Below, in pieces: positions 55,674 through 64,000 of a stretch of 64,000 nucleotides of DNA. Source of the DNA: a virus. Location: the IMG/VR virus record IMGVR_UViG_3300000062_000005, one strand, 5' to 3'. Position numbers and translations under genes: made by a program. Under the pieces are notes generated by a model that worked only from the letters and a program-made list of their open reading frames with translations, ran no database searches and was not told where the DNA came from. Numbering within the stretch: position 1 is the first letter of the stretch; each line of letters opens with the position of its first letter.

Positions 55674-56511
55674 TAGTTATAGCACCTCCGTTATAAATAG
55701 CCTTCCAAGCAATTTGGTATGCTGCAGCAGTTGTCGTGAATCCTGACATTAAAGTATTTGCTACATTTGCAGAAGTAGACGCTACTCCTGTAGCAGTATA
55801 ATACGTTGCTGTAGCCGGTACCCTAATAATACATTGGAAATTTTTGGTTGTTACATTTGCAATTGATATAGCTACATCCAAAATACTACTAGACAAAGCA
55901 TTAGGGTTATTAACTTGGGCCGTTACTTTTGGAATATCCATAAATTCCCTACTAAAGGGTATTGTTTGCCATCCTGCCCCAACATTAAAGTAAGTTCCCG
56001 AGTCAATCACAACATCATCCATCTCAGTAAAAATATGTGTTGTGCTACCTTCTCCAGCGCTTCCTTGCACTATAAAACTGTCCAAAACCTGACTATATAC
56101 CACAGTTATCCAAGTTCCGGGAGGAGTTCCCGCTAGAGGTGCTCCAGAGGGTAAGATAATAGGGATATCAGCAGTATTGTTGATATTTAGCCTAGTCTTA
56201 CCATCAAGTCCTGGAATTGGTATATTGTGTAATTGTATTCTAGCAGCAGCTCCATTGAATAGGGAAAAACCCTCTTGGGCCAATTGAAAAAATGTTGAAG
56301 TTCCTGTGGTTATTCCGGAGGCGGCTAAACATTCATCCCAAGCTAGCTTATTTTGTCTCATCCCTTCAGTTATTATGGGATTTTTTAGGATGAGTTGGGC
56401 ATTTGATACCACAGAAACTCCGGCACTATTTACAATGTCATATCTGGGGATGACTGCAGTATCAGTAGATAGCGCTTTATCCAATACTTCATCGACGCGT
56501 CTTTGTGCCAT
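55657..56511 (-). CDS. Tail fibre/baseplate protein (copy 2)
   Basis: Identical to 5079-5933. Confidence 0.55.
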   Translation of the reverse strand: MAQRRVDEVLDKALSTDTAVIPRYDIVNSAGVSVVSNAQLILKNPIITEGMRQNKLAWDECLAASGITTGTSTFFQLAQEGFSLFNGAAARIQLHNIPIPGLDGKTRLNINNTADIPIILPSGAPLAGTPPGTWITVVYSQVLDSFIVQGSAGEGSTTHIFTEMDDVVIDSGTYFNVGAGWQTIPFSREFMDIPKVTAQVNNPNALSSSILDVAISIANVTTKNFQCIIRVPATATYYTATGVASTSANVANTLMSGFTTTAAAYQIAWKAIYNGGAITNANRN

Positions 56512-56988
56512 TTAATACCTTCCTCTCGTAAAATGTTGTATTCGTAAAATATTTCCACTAAAACTCGTGCCACAGATAATATCAGAGTCATATCTGTTTA
56601 GCCAGAGATTTATTTGCCACAGGTCAAAAGTGTAACTCTCTATGATATTTATTTTGGCAAAAGTGTTAAAGGGCAGTTCTGGAACAGGTCGCATTAAGTC
56701 AATCATAAAAGTTAATAATCTTTCCAAGTCCTCTTTTATGGTAACTATCTCACTTCTTGTATCTACAACATCTTTTTCCCAGACAAGCTTACAGTTTACA
56801 TGAATAATATATCCAATCTCTGATAATGCTTGTGATAACCAATGAATATTGTTTGTCAACCTGTTCCAGTCTAGTGCATTCTGTGCTCCCTTTAATTCAA
56901 CAGAATTTCTGTGTGTTTTGGCATATTCAACATCAGCTTGGGTTCTGTCAAAGATAGGTTGAATCCAGCTAAGTGACGGCATTTCCAA
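56512..56988 (-). CDS. Minor tail protein (copy 2)
   Basis: Identical to 5934-6410. Confidence 0.55.
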   Translation of the reverse strand: MEMPSLSWIQPIFDRTQADVEYAKTHRNSVELKGAQNALDWNRLTNNIHWLSQALSEIGYIIHVNCKLVWEKDVVDTRSEIVTIKEDLERLLTFMIDLMRPVPELPFNTFAKINIIESYTFDLWQINLWLNRYDSDIICGTSFSGNILRIQHFTRGRY

Positions 56989-58651
56989 TCACCACCATTT
57001 CTGCACTATTTGCTCTTAAATCAATATCTAGCCCTGTGATTAGCCCCTCAAGAGATCTTCCTTTTGTTTCCATCGTAGCTACATAACCTACCTCTTTATC
57101 ATCTAGAGCTATGTCTGTAGTTGACTTAATTCTATAATGTAATAACTCAAACTGCTTTTGGGCTAAGTAATCTGCAGTCTCTGGACTAACTAGGGTAAAA
57201 TCGTCGAATTTCTTTAGGGCGTCTATCTCACCAGCAGTCACTTCTTCTCGTACGATATGTGATTGTTGATTTTCAATATACACACTTCCTTCAAGTAGTA
57301 CTTCTGTTTCCACAGGAACAACTAAGATTGCATAATTCACATGACTTTCAATGATAGTGGCTTCAGTTACTTCTAGGGAGTGCATAGGGTTTCTAAAAGA
57401 TATCCGGTGTCTTCCAACGGTCAGGACATCTTTAAACAGCTGTCTCACTTCTGTTCCGGGGGTATAACTATACGAGATAACTTCAACTCCAGAGAAATAT
57501 TCTGTGGGTTCATCTTGTCCCTTCCTATATTGCCTTTCTAGGGGTATATTAAGGGTAGACACGGTGTCTCTGTCGTATATCCATATATACTCTCTTCTTG
57601 AGGTATCTGCTATGGCGTGTATAGCGAAGAGAATATGTTGGAGAGCTTCTCCACAGGTGCCTGAAGGAATCCACCCAGTCACTGTAGAATCAGATAGAGA
57701 GGGATCTATTTGATAACCTATAAGGCCCGTGGGAAATACTATGCCAAATAGCTCGTTAAGTAAGTCTATAGCTGGTTTTCTTATGTATAATCCCCCAGTA
57801 AAAGCATATAAATCAAATATGCTAATGGCATCTTCAGTATCAACGCTAAATTCTATTCCAGAACGTTTGGAATCTTTCCACTTAGTCAAGAAAAAAGCCC
57901 CATATAGGACACTATCTTTATAGACTTGCATTAATTGACGTTTCATCATCATATCATCAAAATTCTCACTCATGATGGGGCTAAAAATACTGTTCCTTGT
58001 TCTTATTTTTGCGTTCATCGTATTTATACTTAAAGTCTTGACAGTAGGGTCAATCTCTTCATTAATGTAGCATGAGCTAATTTCTGCATCGTAGAAAGTT
58101 CTAATGATACCAAAGTCTATGGCGTATAGCTTTATGAACCTATTCCTTATGTTAGTAGACAAGAACTCAGTTTTGATTCTTCTATAATCCAAAACACTCT
58201 GGGAAACAATAGCCAAGTTGGAAGTTTGTGGATATTCCCCGGTATGGATGATAGTATTTGAACTGTCATACCAAGTCACTCTTATCCTATTTGCATAGTC
58301 ATCTGTGTGCGGGTAAAAGTAATATGTTACACCTAGTGACTTATGATTGGCTCCAAAATAGATGTCTAGTGTTGGGGGACTATCCCCAAAGCTTCCAAAA
58401 TCATCACTTACTCCCTCACTCCAGAATCCAAAGGTTGTTAGGGGTGAAACCTCATCAGGAAAATGTTGTTTTGAACCATCCAAAATGGAAAAGTTATGCT
58501 CATTTGTTGCATAGTTTGGAGGAACAGGAACTCCATCAAACCTCAGATTGTCTATGACACTCCAAGGTTTGATGGGAGTTACTATGATGTCCACAATATC
58601 TTGTTTTGCTACGGGGTCTACTTGTCCAAATCTAATTGATAATTCAGACAT
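56969..58651 (-). CDS. Baseplate hub/Tal-like protein (copy 2)
   Basis: Identical to 6391-8073. Confidence 0.6.
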   Translation of the reverse strand: MSELSIRFGQVDPVAKQDIVDIIVTPIKPWSVIDNLRFDGVPVPPNYATNEHNFSILDGSKQHFPDEVSPLTTFGFWSEGVSDDFGSFGDSPPTLDIYFGANHKSLGVTYYFYPHTDDYANRIRVTWYDSSNTIIHTGEYPQTSNLAIVSQSVLDYRRIKTEFLSTNIRNRFIKLYAIDFGIIRTFYDAEISSCYINEEIDPTVKTLSINTMNAKIRTRNSIFSPIMSENFDDMMMKRQLMQVYKDSVLYGAFFLTKWKDSKRSGIEFSVDTEDAISIFDLYAFTGGLYIRKPAIDLLNELFGIVFPTGLIGYQIDPSLSDSTVTGWIPSGTCGEALQHILFAIHAIADTSRREYIWIYDRDTVSTLNIPLERQYRKGQDEPTEYFSGVEVISYSYTPGTEVRQLFKDVLTVGRHRISFRNPMHSLEVTEATIIESHVNYAILVVPVETEVLLEGSVYIENQQSHIVREEVTAGEIDALKKFDDFTLVSPETADYLAQKQFELLHYRIKSTTDIALDDKEVGYVATMETKGRSLEGLITGLDIDLRANSAEMVVIGNAVT

Positions 58652-59048
58652 ATTTATTACCTCTTTGAGCTATAAAGTTTGCCTTTATATTGCCTGTTCT
58701 GATGGAGTTATCAGAATTACTTCTTCTGAATTCTATTCCTTCTAATGTAAAATACATATTTTGGGTTAAGTCATTACCAAGTAAGTCGACAACAGTGACA
58801 GGAACAAATTCTATAGAACCTAAAGACAGACAAGTGTTATACAAATGCTTGAAGTCTTCATTTGTGGAAAGAGTAGAATATATCTCTATTTGGAAATTCA
58901 AGATATATCCCTGAGGCTGACGTATCATATCCCACAGGTCTGCATTACTTCTTCCAGTTCCCGGACCGTCTAAGAGTTCAATCTTAGGAACATAGGAGAT
59001 TATCTCCAGTGACCTTAGCTCCCGGCCATTTACAGTTAAAGTCATCAT
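58644..59048 (-). CDS. Distal tail protein (copy 2)
   Basis: Identical to 8066-8470. Confidence 0.55.
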   Translation of the reverse strand: MMTLTVNGRELRSLEIISYVPKIELLDGPGTGRSNADLWDMIRQPQGYILNFQIEIYSTLSTNEDFKHLYNTCLSLGSIEFVPVTVVDLLGNDLTQNMYFTLEGIEFRRSNSDNSIRTGNIKANFIAQRGNKYV

Positions 59049-62000
59049 ACTGTCACCGCCTTCGCAGATATCCTGTCACCTGATAATCGTCTCTGTTTAT
59101 CCAAGAGGGGAACTAACACCTTACCTAAAGTTCTTCCTTCAAACTCTATAGTTAGCTCAATAGGTGCTTGTCCTCCTAGGGCCCCAACACCTCCGAGTTC
59201 TGCCAGCACGTCTTTTATGGCAGCAGTTGCTTCCTCTCTCATCGCCGACCTTGGAGACACAATTTCTTCTTCCCTTGTATTATCTCCCACCACTACCTGT
59301 CTTGGCTTGTTAGGTGGAATCAATCCACCCTGAGCCAGTCTTGGTATGGCTATGGGTACTGGAGATGGAATAGATAAGAATATTGGGGGCTCAAGCATCG
59401 CCAACATCATAGCTATCTGCTGACACATGTTGTAAACAGATCTTACCATACTGTTGGTAAATGTTTCAGTCTTTCCGATAACAATATTATACAGGTTAGT
59501 AAATTGACCTATAATTCCAGGACTTGTAGAATCCACAGTGGACCGGATGATGCCCATCATTTGAAGAACTGCACCTTCTACTAGTGGCAGACCGTCATCA
59601 AAGGCTAATAATAGACCTTCTACTAGATTAGTTCCTTGTTCAATAGTAATGTCAGCTGGGGAATGTATGCCCATAGCTTCATCTCCAGCTGCCACCATGC
59701 CATCTAACATAGAGGCATAATTACTAGCTATTTGACCTTTGTTATCATCTAGTCCTTTACCAAGACCGTCCACCAAAGCATCACTGGTGTCAGAGGCCCC
59801 AGATGAAGCTTCTCCAGTCATTCCTTTCCAGAAATCGCTCCATGCAGTTTTTACTCCATCCCACCATTTGCTTAGTCTGGTAAAAACCTTTCCTGTCTGC
59901 AGATCTATCTCTCCATCAATGCCTTCCCACCCAGAAGTCGTCTTAGCTACCAGCTCATTATACTTTGTCTCTTCCTCGGAGATAATATCTTTTCTTTGCT
60001 GTATAGCTGCAGCTACCATTAATTGGTATTCACCGTCAGTAATCTGACCAGCTTCTTTGAGTCTCTGGGCTTCTTTAATCTGACCGTTCATCTGTTCTGT
60101 GGCTTCTTTAATAATATCCTTTTTATGTTGGGCAGCAGCAGCTAGAGTATCTGCAGCATGTCTCTTATCTATAGTCTCTAAATCTGTGGCCCTCGTCTCA
60201 GCTAGGGAGGCTCTTTCAGCATCATTTTCCACAGTGGCATCAATGACAGAGCTTAAAAACTCCTCGTTTGCCAGCAATAGAGCTCGATAATGTTCATCTT
60301 CCATAGTTCCACCTTCTTCAAGGTGAGTTCTAAGTTGATCATTTATCCTATTTTGAGCATCCAGAATTCCGAGCTCTCGTTCGTTGTATTGCTCTATGAT
60401 TTGGTCCTTGTTATCTATGTAGATCTGAAGTTCTGCGCCAGCATTTTGCTGTAAGCTAACTAGTTCAGCTTCTCTAGCAATTTGAATTTCTTCAAACTTA
60501 GCTATTTTTTCATCGGAATATTGTTCGAAAGCAGCCACAGATGCAGCATATTCACTACTTTCAGTGCCATAATCCAAAGCAGCTTGACGAACAGCATTCT
60601 CTAAGGTAGTACTCTGACGATTAATCTGGGCTATTGCGTCATCGTAAAATTTATTCACTGTAGCAATTCGCTCTTCATACTGAACAGCTTCATCTCCAAA
60701 AATAGCCGCAAGATTTGCTATGGATTCTCGCTTCATTCTCTCCAAATCACTTATTGCAGAATCTGCCATGTCTCGGAAATACCCAGAAATAGCCAGCGTA
60801 TTATCCCTTACTATAGGTCCTCCTTCTAAGAACATCTCCGTAAGAGCTTCTCTTACCTGATCTGCTTTATCTATGAATGGAGTTAGGGCTTTCTGGGTGG
60901 CTTCAGAGATACTGTCTCCGAATCTCTCAACGTCAGGGATAACTTCAGCTCCCAAAACCTTGGACATAGCAATGGCTGCTGCGCCTAGTCCTGCCAGTAT
61001 TCCAATTGCCCACCCTACTGGACCAAAACCTATTAACATCGCTGTTCCTAAGGCCGTGAGAGCTCCTGCCAATATTCCTAGGGCCACAGTCAACTCTGGC
61101 GAAAGGTCATTTAATGCTACAAAGGTTGCCAAAGCTACTCCAAGCATTACAAAGCCTGCTCCAGAGGAAATCACTATTTGTAAAAACTTAAAGGCTGCAG
61201 CCACTCCATTGATTATAGTTGGAAGATTAACTATTGCATAGTATGCTAATAGTGCTGTTGCTATTCCCATCAACATGGCAGCTACAGGCTCTCCGAATAA
61301 CCCTGACAGGAAGTCATAGATGGCCCCGAAGGCTGCACCAAAGATAAGGAACATAGCATTGATAATGCCAAGCCAATCTATGGCTAAGAGAAATTCTTTT
61401 ATACTCTCTCCAACAAGCCCCCAATTTACTCCTCGAATAGCTTCCAGTAAAGTAGTCAGTAGTCCTAGTATAAAAGTTGACACAGTGGTTCCAGCTGTGG
61501 ACCAACTAAAAGTGCTAAAGAAAGAATTAATCCCTGCAGCTATTGATTGTCCCAACCCAGCCCAGTCAAATGTTCTAGCAAATCCTAGAGCAAATAGGAA
61601 GGCTGTATTTAGCCCTTGAGCTATAGTATATCCTGCAGCTATCCACAGGTCTGGGTTAGCCAGTGCTCCACTTAAAAATGCCCCCAGCTTAATTCCAAAA
61701 CTGTATGACCAATCTTGTATCTTATCCCAGTTTATACCAAATAAGCCTTTAGCTATTTTATCCGATATTCCTTTACCTAAATTATAAAAATAGTCCTCAT
61801 CGGGAACAATTTCCAATAATTTTCTTCTGAATTCTTCAAGCCAGGCCATGTCTATCTCAGGCTCTTTTACATTGTCAAATAGATCGCTGAAAGCATCACC
61901 CGTTCCAGCTCCTCCAGATGCAGTATCTGCAGCAGCTTGGTTGATATCATCAAACTTAGCTAAGAATTTACCTGCATCCTTTGCAGCTCCTCCAGTTTTC

Positions 62001-63124
62001 TTTAATGCTTCTGCTTGCTCATTCAAAGCCTTAGCTGAAGCTGCAGACTGTAAATAAGACTTACCAAATATTAAAGATATGAAGGCAGCTAAATAAGCTG
62101 CAGCCTGAGACAGGGCATGCATTAAAGCGTTCAGGGCAGGGAGTATTGCCTCATAAATAGGTTGAAAAGCCACAGCTAATCGGATTTTAATCTCATCTAA
62201 AGAGTGCATAAACTCTTCGTTTGTCCGGATTAAACCACCGATATAGTTTCGCAGATTTGTAAGACTTTTACGGATTAGATTGAAGACTAAAACAGTTTGA
62301 ACCATTCTAGTGATTCTTCTACCCATCTTTTCCAACAGCCCTGTGGTTTTCTTAGTATCTCTTCCAACTCCTGCTACTGCAGAAGCCATATTTCTTAAGG
62401 TACCATTAATTCTTTTTGCACTAAGATTCCATCTATCCGGATTCTCAGTATTAAATGCCTGAAGAAGAGCATTTTCAGTGGTACTAGCTTCGCTAGACAT
62501 TCTCTCCAGTCTTCCTGAAGCCTCAGAGATACTTGCCTCAAGCCTTTGGGCCTCAATGCTTGTAGTGGGATCTAACCTTATTTGCTGTATATTGGTTTGG
62601 AGCAATCTACTTGAATCATCCACAGACCTGATCTTGAGTCCTAGTTCTTCCAATTTAGCATCTATATCTGCCAGTTCAGCAGAGGTAGTTGGAGAAACAG
62701 ACCCAGAAGAAGCTATATCTGCGGCTCTATGCTGTTCCAGCATTTCCTGCTTAGCTATAAGTTCATCAAATTCTTTGTTAAGCTTTACCAGCTCTGATTC
62801 ATTCTTAGTCAATTGTTTTTCCATATCCACAAGGGATTTGGGGGTTGTCTGTCCACTAGATAGCTTCTCGTATTGATTAGCCAAATCCAACACGTGGTTT
62901 CTTTGTTTCTGCACAGCCTCCAGCTGTCGATTAAGTTTTTGAGTGAATTTATCAACTTGTGCCTGCTGCTTTCCACCGAACGCAGATTCCGAAGCAGACG
63001 CAACATCCACAAGGGTTTTCTTCATGTCCACAAAGGCTTTATCCATGTTCTCTAAGCCCCTGTCAAAATTGTTAGCATCAAATTTTGTGTCAAAGATAAT
63101 TGAAGCATCTGCTCTGTCTGCCAC
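59045..63124 (-). CDS. Tape measure protein (copy 2)
   Basis: Identical to 8467-12546. Confidence 0.93.
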   Translation of the reverse strand: MADRADASIIFDTKFDANNFDRGLENMDKAFVDMKKTLVDVASASESAFGGKQQAQVDKFTQKLNRQLEAVQKQRNHVLDLANQYEKLSSGQTTPKSLVDMEKQLTKNESELVKLNKEFDELIAKQEMLEQHRAADIASSGSVSPTTSAELADIDAKLEELGLKIRSVDDSSRLLQTNIQQIRLDPTTSIEAQRLEASISEASGRLERMSSEASTTENALLQAFNTENPDRWNLSAKRINGTLRNMASAVAGVGRDTKKTTGLLEKMGRRITRMVQTVLVFNLIRKSLTNLRNYIGGLIRTNEEFMHSLDEIKIRLAVAFQPIYEAILPALNALMHALSQAAAYLAAFISLIFGKSYLQSAASAKALNEQAEALKKTGGAAKDAGKFLAKFDDINQAAADTASGGAGTGDAFSDLFDNVKEPEIDMAWLEEFRRKLLEIVPDEDYFYNLGKGISDKIAKGLFGINWDKIQDWSYSFGIKLGAFLSGALANPDLWIAAGYTIAQGLNTAFLFALGFARTFDWAGLGQSIAAGINSFFSTFSWSTAGTTVSTFILGLLTTLLEAIRGVNWGLVGESIKEFLLAIDWLGIINAMFLIFGAAFGAIYDFLSGLFGEPVAAMLMGIATALLAYYAIVNLPTIINGVAAAFKFLQIVISSGAGFVMLGVALATFVALNDLSPELTVALGILAGALTALGTAMLIGFGPVGWAIGILAGLGAAAIAMSKVLGAEVIPDVERFGDSISEATQKALTPFIDKADQVREALTEMFLEGGPIVRDNTLAISGYFRDMADSAISDLERMKRESIANLAAIFGDEAVQYEERIATVNKFYDDAIAQINRQSTTLENAVRQAALDYGTESSEYAASVAAFEQYSDEKIAKFEEIQIAREAELVSLQQNAGAELQIYIDNKDQIIEQYNERELGILDAQNRINDQLRTHLEEGGTMEDEHYRALLLANEEFLSSVIDATVENDAERASLAETRATDLETIDKRHAADTLAAAAQHKKDIIKEATEQMNGQIKEAQRLKEAGQITDGEYQLMVAAAIQQRKDIISEEETKYNELVAKTTSGWEGIDGEIDLQTGKVFTRLSKWWDGVKTAWSDFWKGMTGEASSGASDTSDALVDGLGKGLDDNKGQIASNYASMLDGMVAAGDEAMGIHSPADITIEQGTNLVEGLLLAFDDGLPLVEGAVLQMMGIIRSTVDSTSPGIIGQFTNLYNIVIGKTETFTNSMVRSVYNMCQQIAMMLAMLEPPIFLSIPSPVPIAIPRLAQGGLIPPNKPRQVVVGDNTREEEIVSPRSAMREEATAAIKDVLAELGGVGALGGQAPIELTIEFEGRTLGKVLVPLLDKQRRLSGDRISAKAVTV

Positions 63125-63136
63125 AGTCTCACCTCT

Positions 63137-63703
63137 TTACTTCTTCCTTAGCTGTCTTACCATTTCATCGTAGTCAAAGCCTTCTTCTTTGAAGTCTATC
63201 AAATGTCTGTTTTCGGAGTAGAATTTCTGTTCATGCTTCTCCAGTTTTTCTCCTCTTGCCCGCTTACTTCTAATGCCCATTATGTGTGATATCAAAGAAT
63301 CTCCGTCGATAGCTTGACATAAACCATAAAAAGTCCACCAATGCATGTACTCCTCTTCTCTTACGTCTTTTGCTACTACAGCATTTACCGCAGAAAAGAG
63401 AAGTTGTTCATCCTGAACATAATCCATAGTCTTGGGACTAACAGAACTCCTGCTGGAGGACTGTTGTCCAATATCCAGGAACCAAACGGCTTTCTCAAGG
63501 GCTTCTTTTTGATTCCGTGGAATATTAGGAACAGACTCTCCAGCAGGAGTAAATATAATCTCAAGCAAAGTCAATTGCTTATTCATGGGGCTAAGACTAT
63601 CGTCATTATAGGCCTCGAAGATAAGTAATGCAGCTCTGAAGTCACTATTGATATCATATTCTACTCCTTCGACCTCAAGGGTCTTAGGAAGTAATCCTAT
63701 CAT
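63137..63703 (-). CDS. Gp15-like tail chaperone (copy 2)
   Basis: Identical to 12559-13125. Confidence 0.8.
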   Translation of the reverse strand: MIGLLPKTLEVEGVEYDINSDFRAALLIFEAYNDDSLSPMNKQLTLLEIIFTPAGESVPNIPRNQKEALEKAVWFLDIGQQSSSRSSVSPKTMDYVQDEQLLFSAVNAVVAKDVREEEYMHWWTFYGLCQAIDGDSLISHIMGIRSKRARGEKLEKHEQKFYSENRHLIDFKEEGFDYDEMVRQLRKK

Positions 63704-64000
63704 ACCTTTCGGGGTTTAACAGGCCTCTTAGCCGCTGCAGTATACTTCTTTCTGGAAGCTTCAAAGTCTTTGATGGATTTTTCAATGATAGGCATCAAAG
63801 CATCCATAAAGTTCATGAATAGCAAACTACCATTTCGGATGGGAGACAGAGGATTAGCGCCTCCGAAAGCAGCCTTAGACACAGGAGACTGGAATACATC
63901 ATCGATGGCCGCTTCCAATTCCAAGCCGAACTCTCTCAGAGAACCCTTCTCATATTCCTCAAGTCCAGTTTCCTTCGTAATCCCCATAGAGGAAATCTTA
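63700..64000 (-). CDS. Tail assembly chaperone (copy 2, start cut off by the window end)
   Basis: 3' part of 13122-13580. Confidence 0.65.
   Translation of the reverse strand, partial: KISSMGITKETGLEEYEKGSLREFGLELEAAIDDVFQSPVSKAAFGGANPLSPIRNGSLLFMNFMDALMPIIEKSIKDFEASRKKYTAAAKRPVKPRKV

Larger units (their letters stand above)
50579..64000. repeat. Second copy of 1-13422
   Basis: Constant offset 50,578; identical ORF set. Confidence 0.98.

Noticed and set aside
50579-64000. A genuine 13.4-kb terminal direct repeat
   Set aside because: Both repeat ends coincide with the window edges and cut through genes, so the repeat length only reflects window size.

Overview
The window is a phage genome with no host DNA. 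It holds about 1.27 tandem copies of a 50,578-bp unit: 50579-64000 matches 1-13422 wherever I compared them, and the ORF translations are identical. The phage is a long-tailed (siphovirus-type) phage of a Firmicutes host, probably Clostridia, inferred from AGGAGG RBSs, TTTACA-N17-TATAAT promoters and A118-like head and tail genes. I found no integrase or CI-like repressor. Layout of one unit: a minus-strand late operon (terS at 25 kb down through packaging, head, tail and lysis genes, wrapping round to 48.2 kb); a plus-strand early block (25.4-27.9 kb); a minus-strand block with a tRNA(CAT), a histone-like protein, a putative origin and a primase-helicase (28.3-32.2 kb); and a plus-strand nucleotide-metabolism and replication block (32.6-47.9 kb). 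Highlights: (1) between terS and terL sits a DUF4417-like gene followed by two unrelated ADP-ribosyltransferase-fold genes that share an identical N-terminal MGGRGGGSS tag written in different codons, a candidate tag-and-load effector system; a third detached toxin/immunity-like pair follows the MuF-type minor head gene. (2) A T4-like cytosine-modification gene set: two thymidylate-synthase-fold paralogues with Asp at the specificity position, a dNMP kinase, an all-alpha dNTP pyrophosphatase, dCMP deaminase, a frameshifted ThyX and a UDG-PolA fusion. (3) A dispersed intergenic element, AAAAGCTC-N20-CTCAWACGTCA, at 16, 28 and 48 kb. (4) A putative origin with a 58-bp AT-rich palindrome and 11-bp-phased iterons. 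All family assignments come from motifs recognised by eye; no database search was run.
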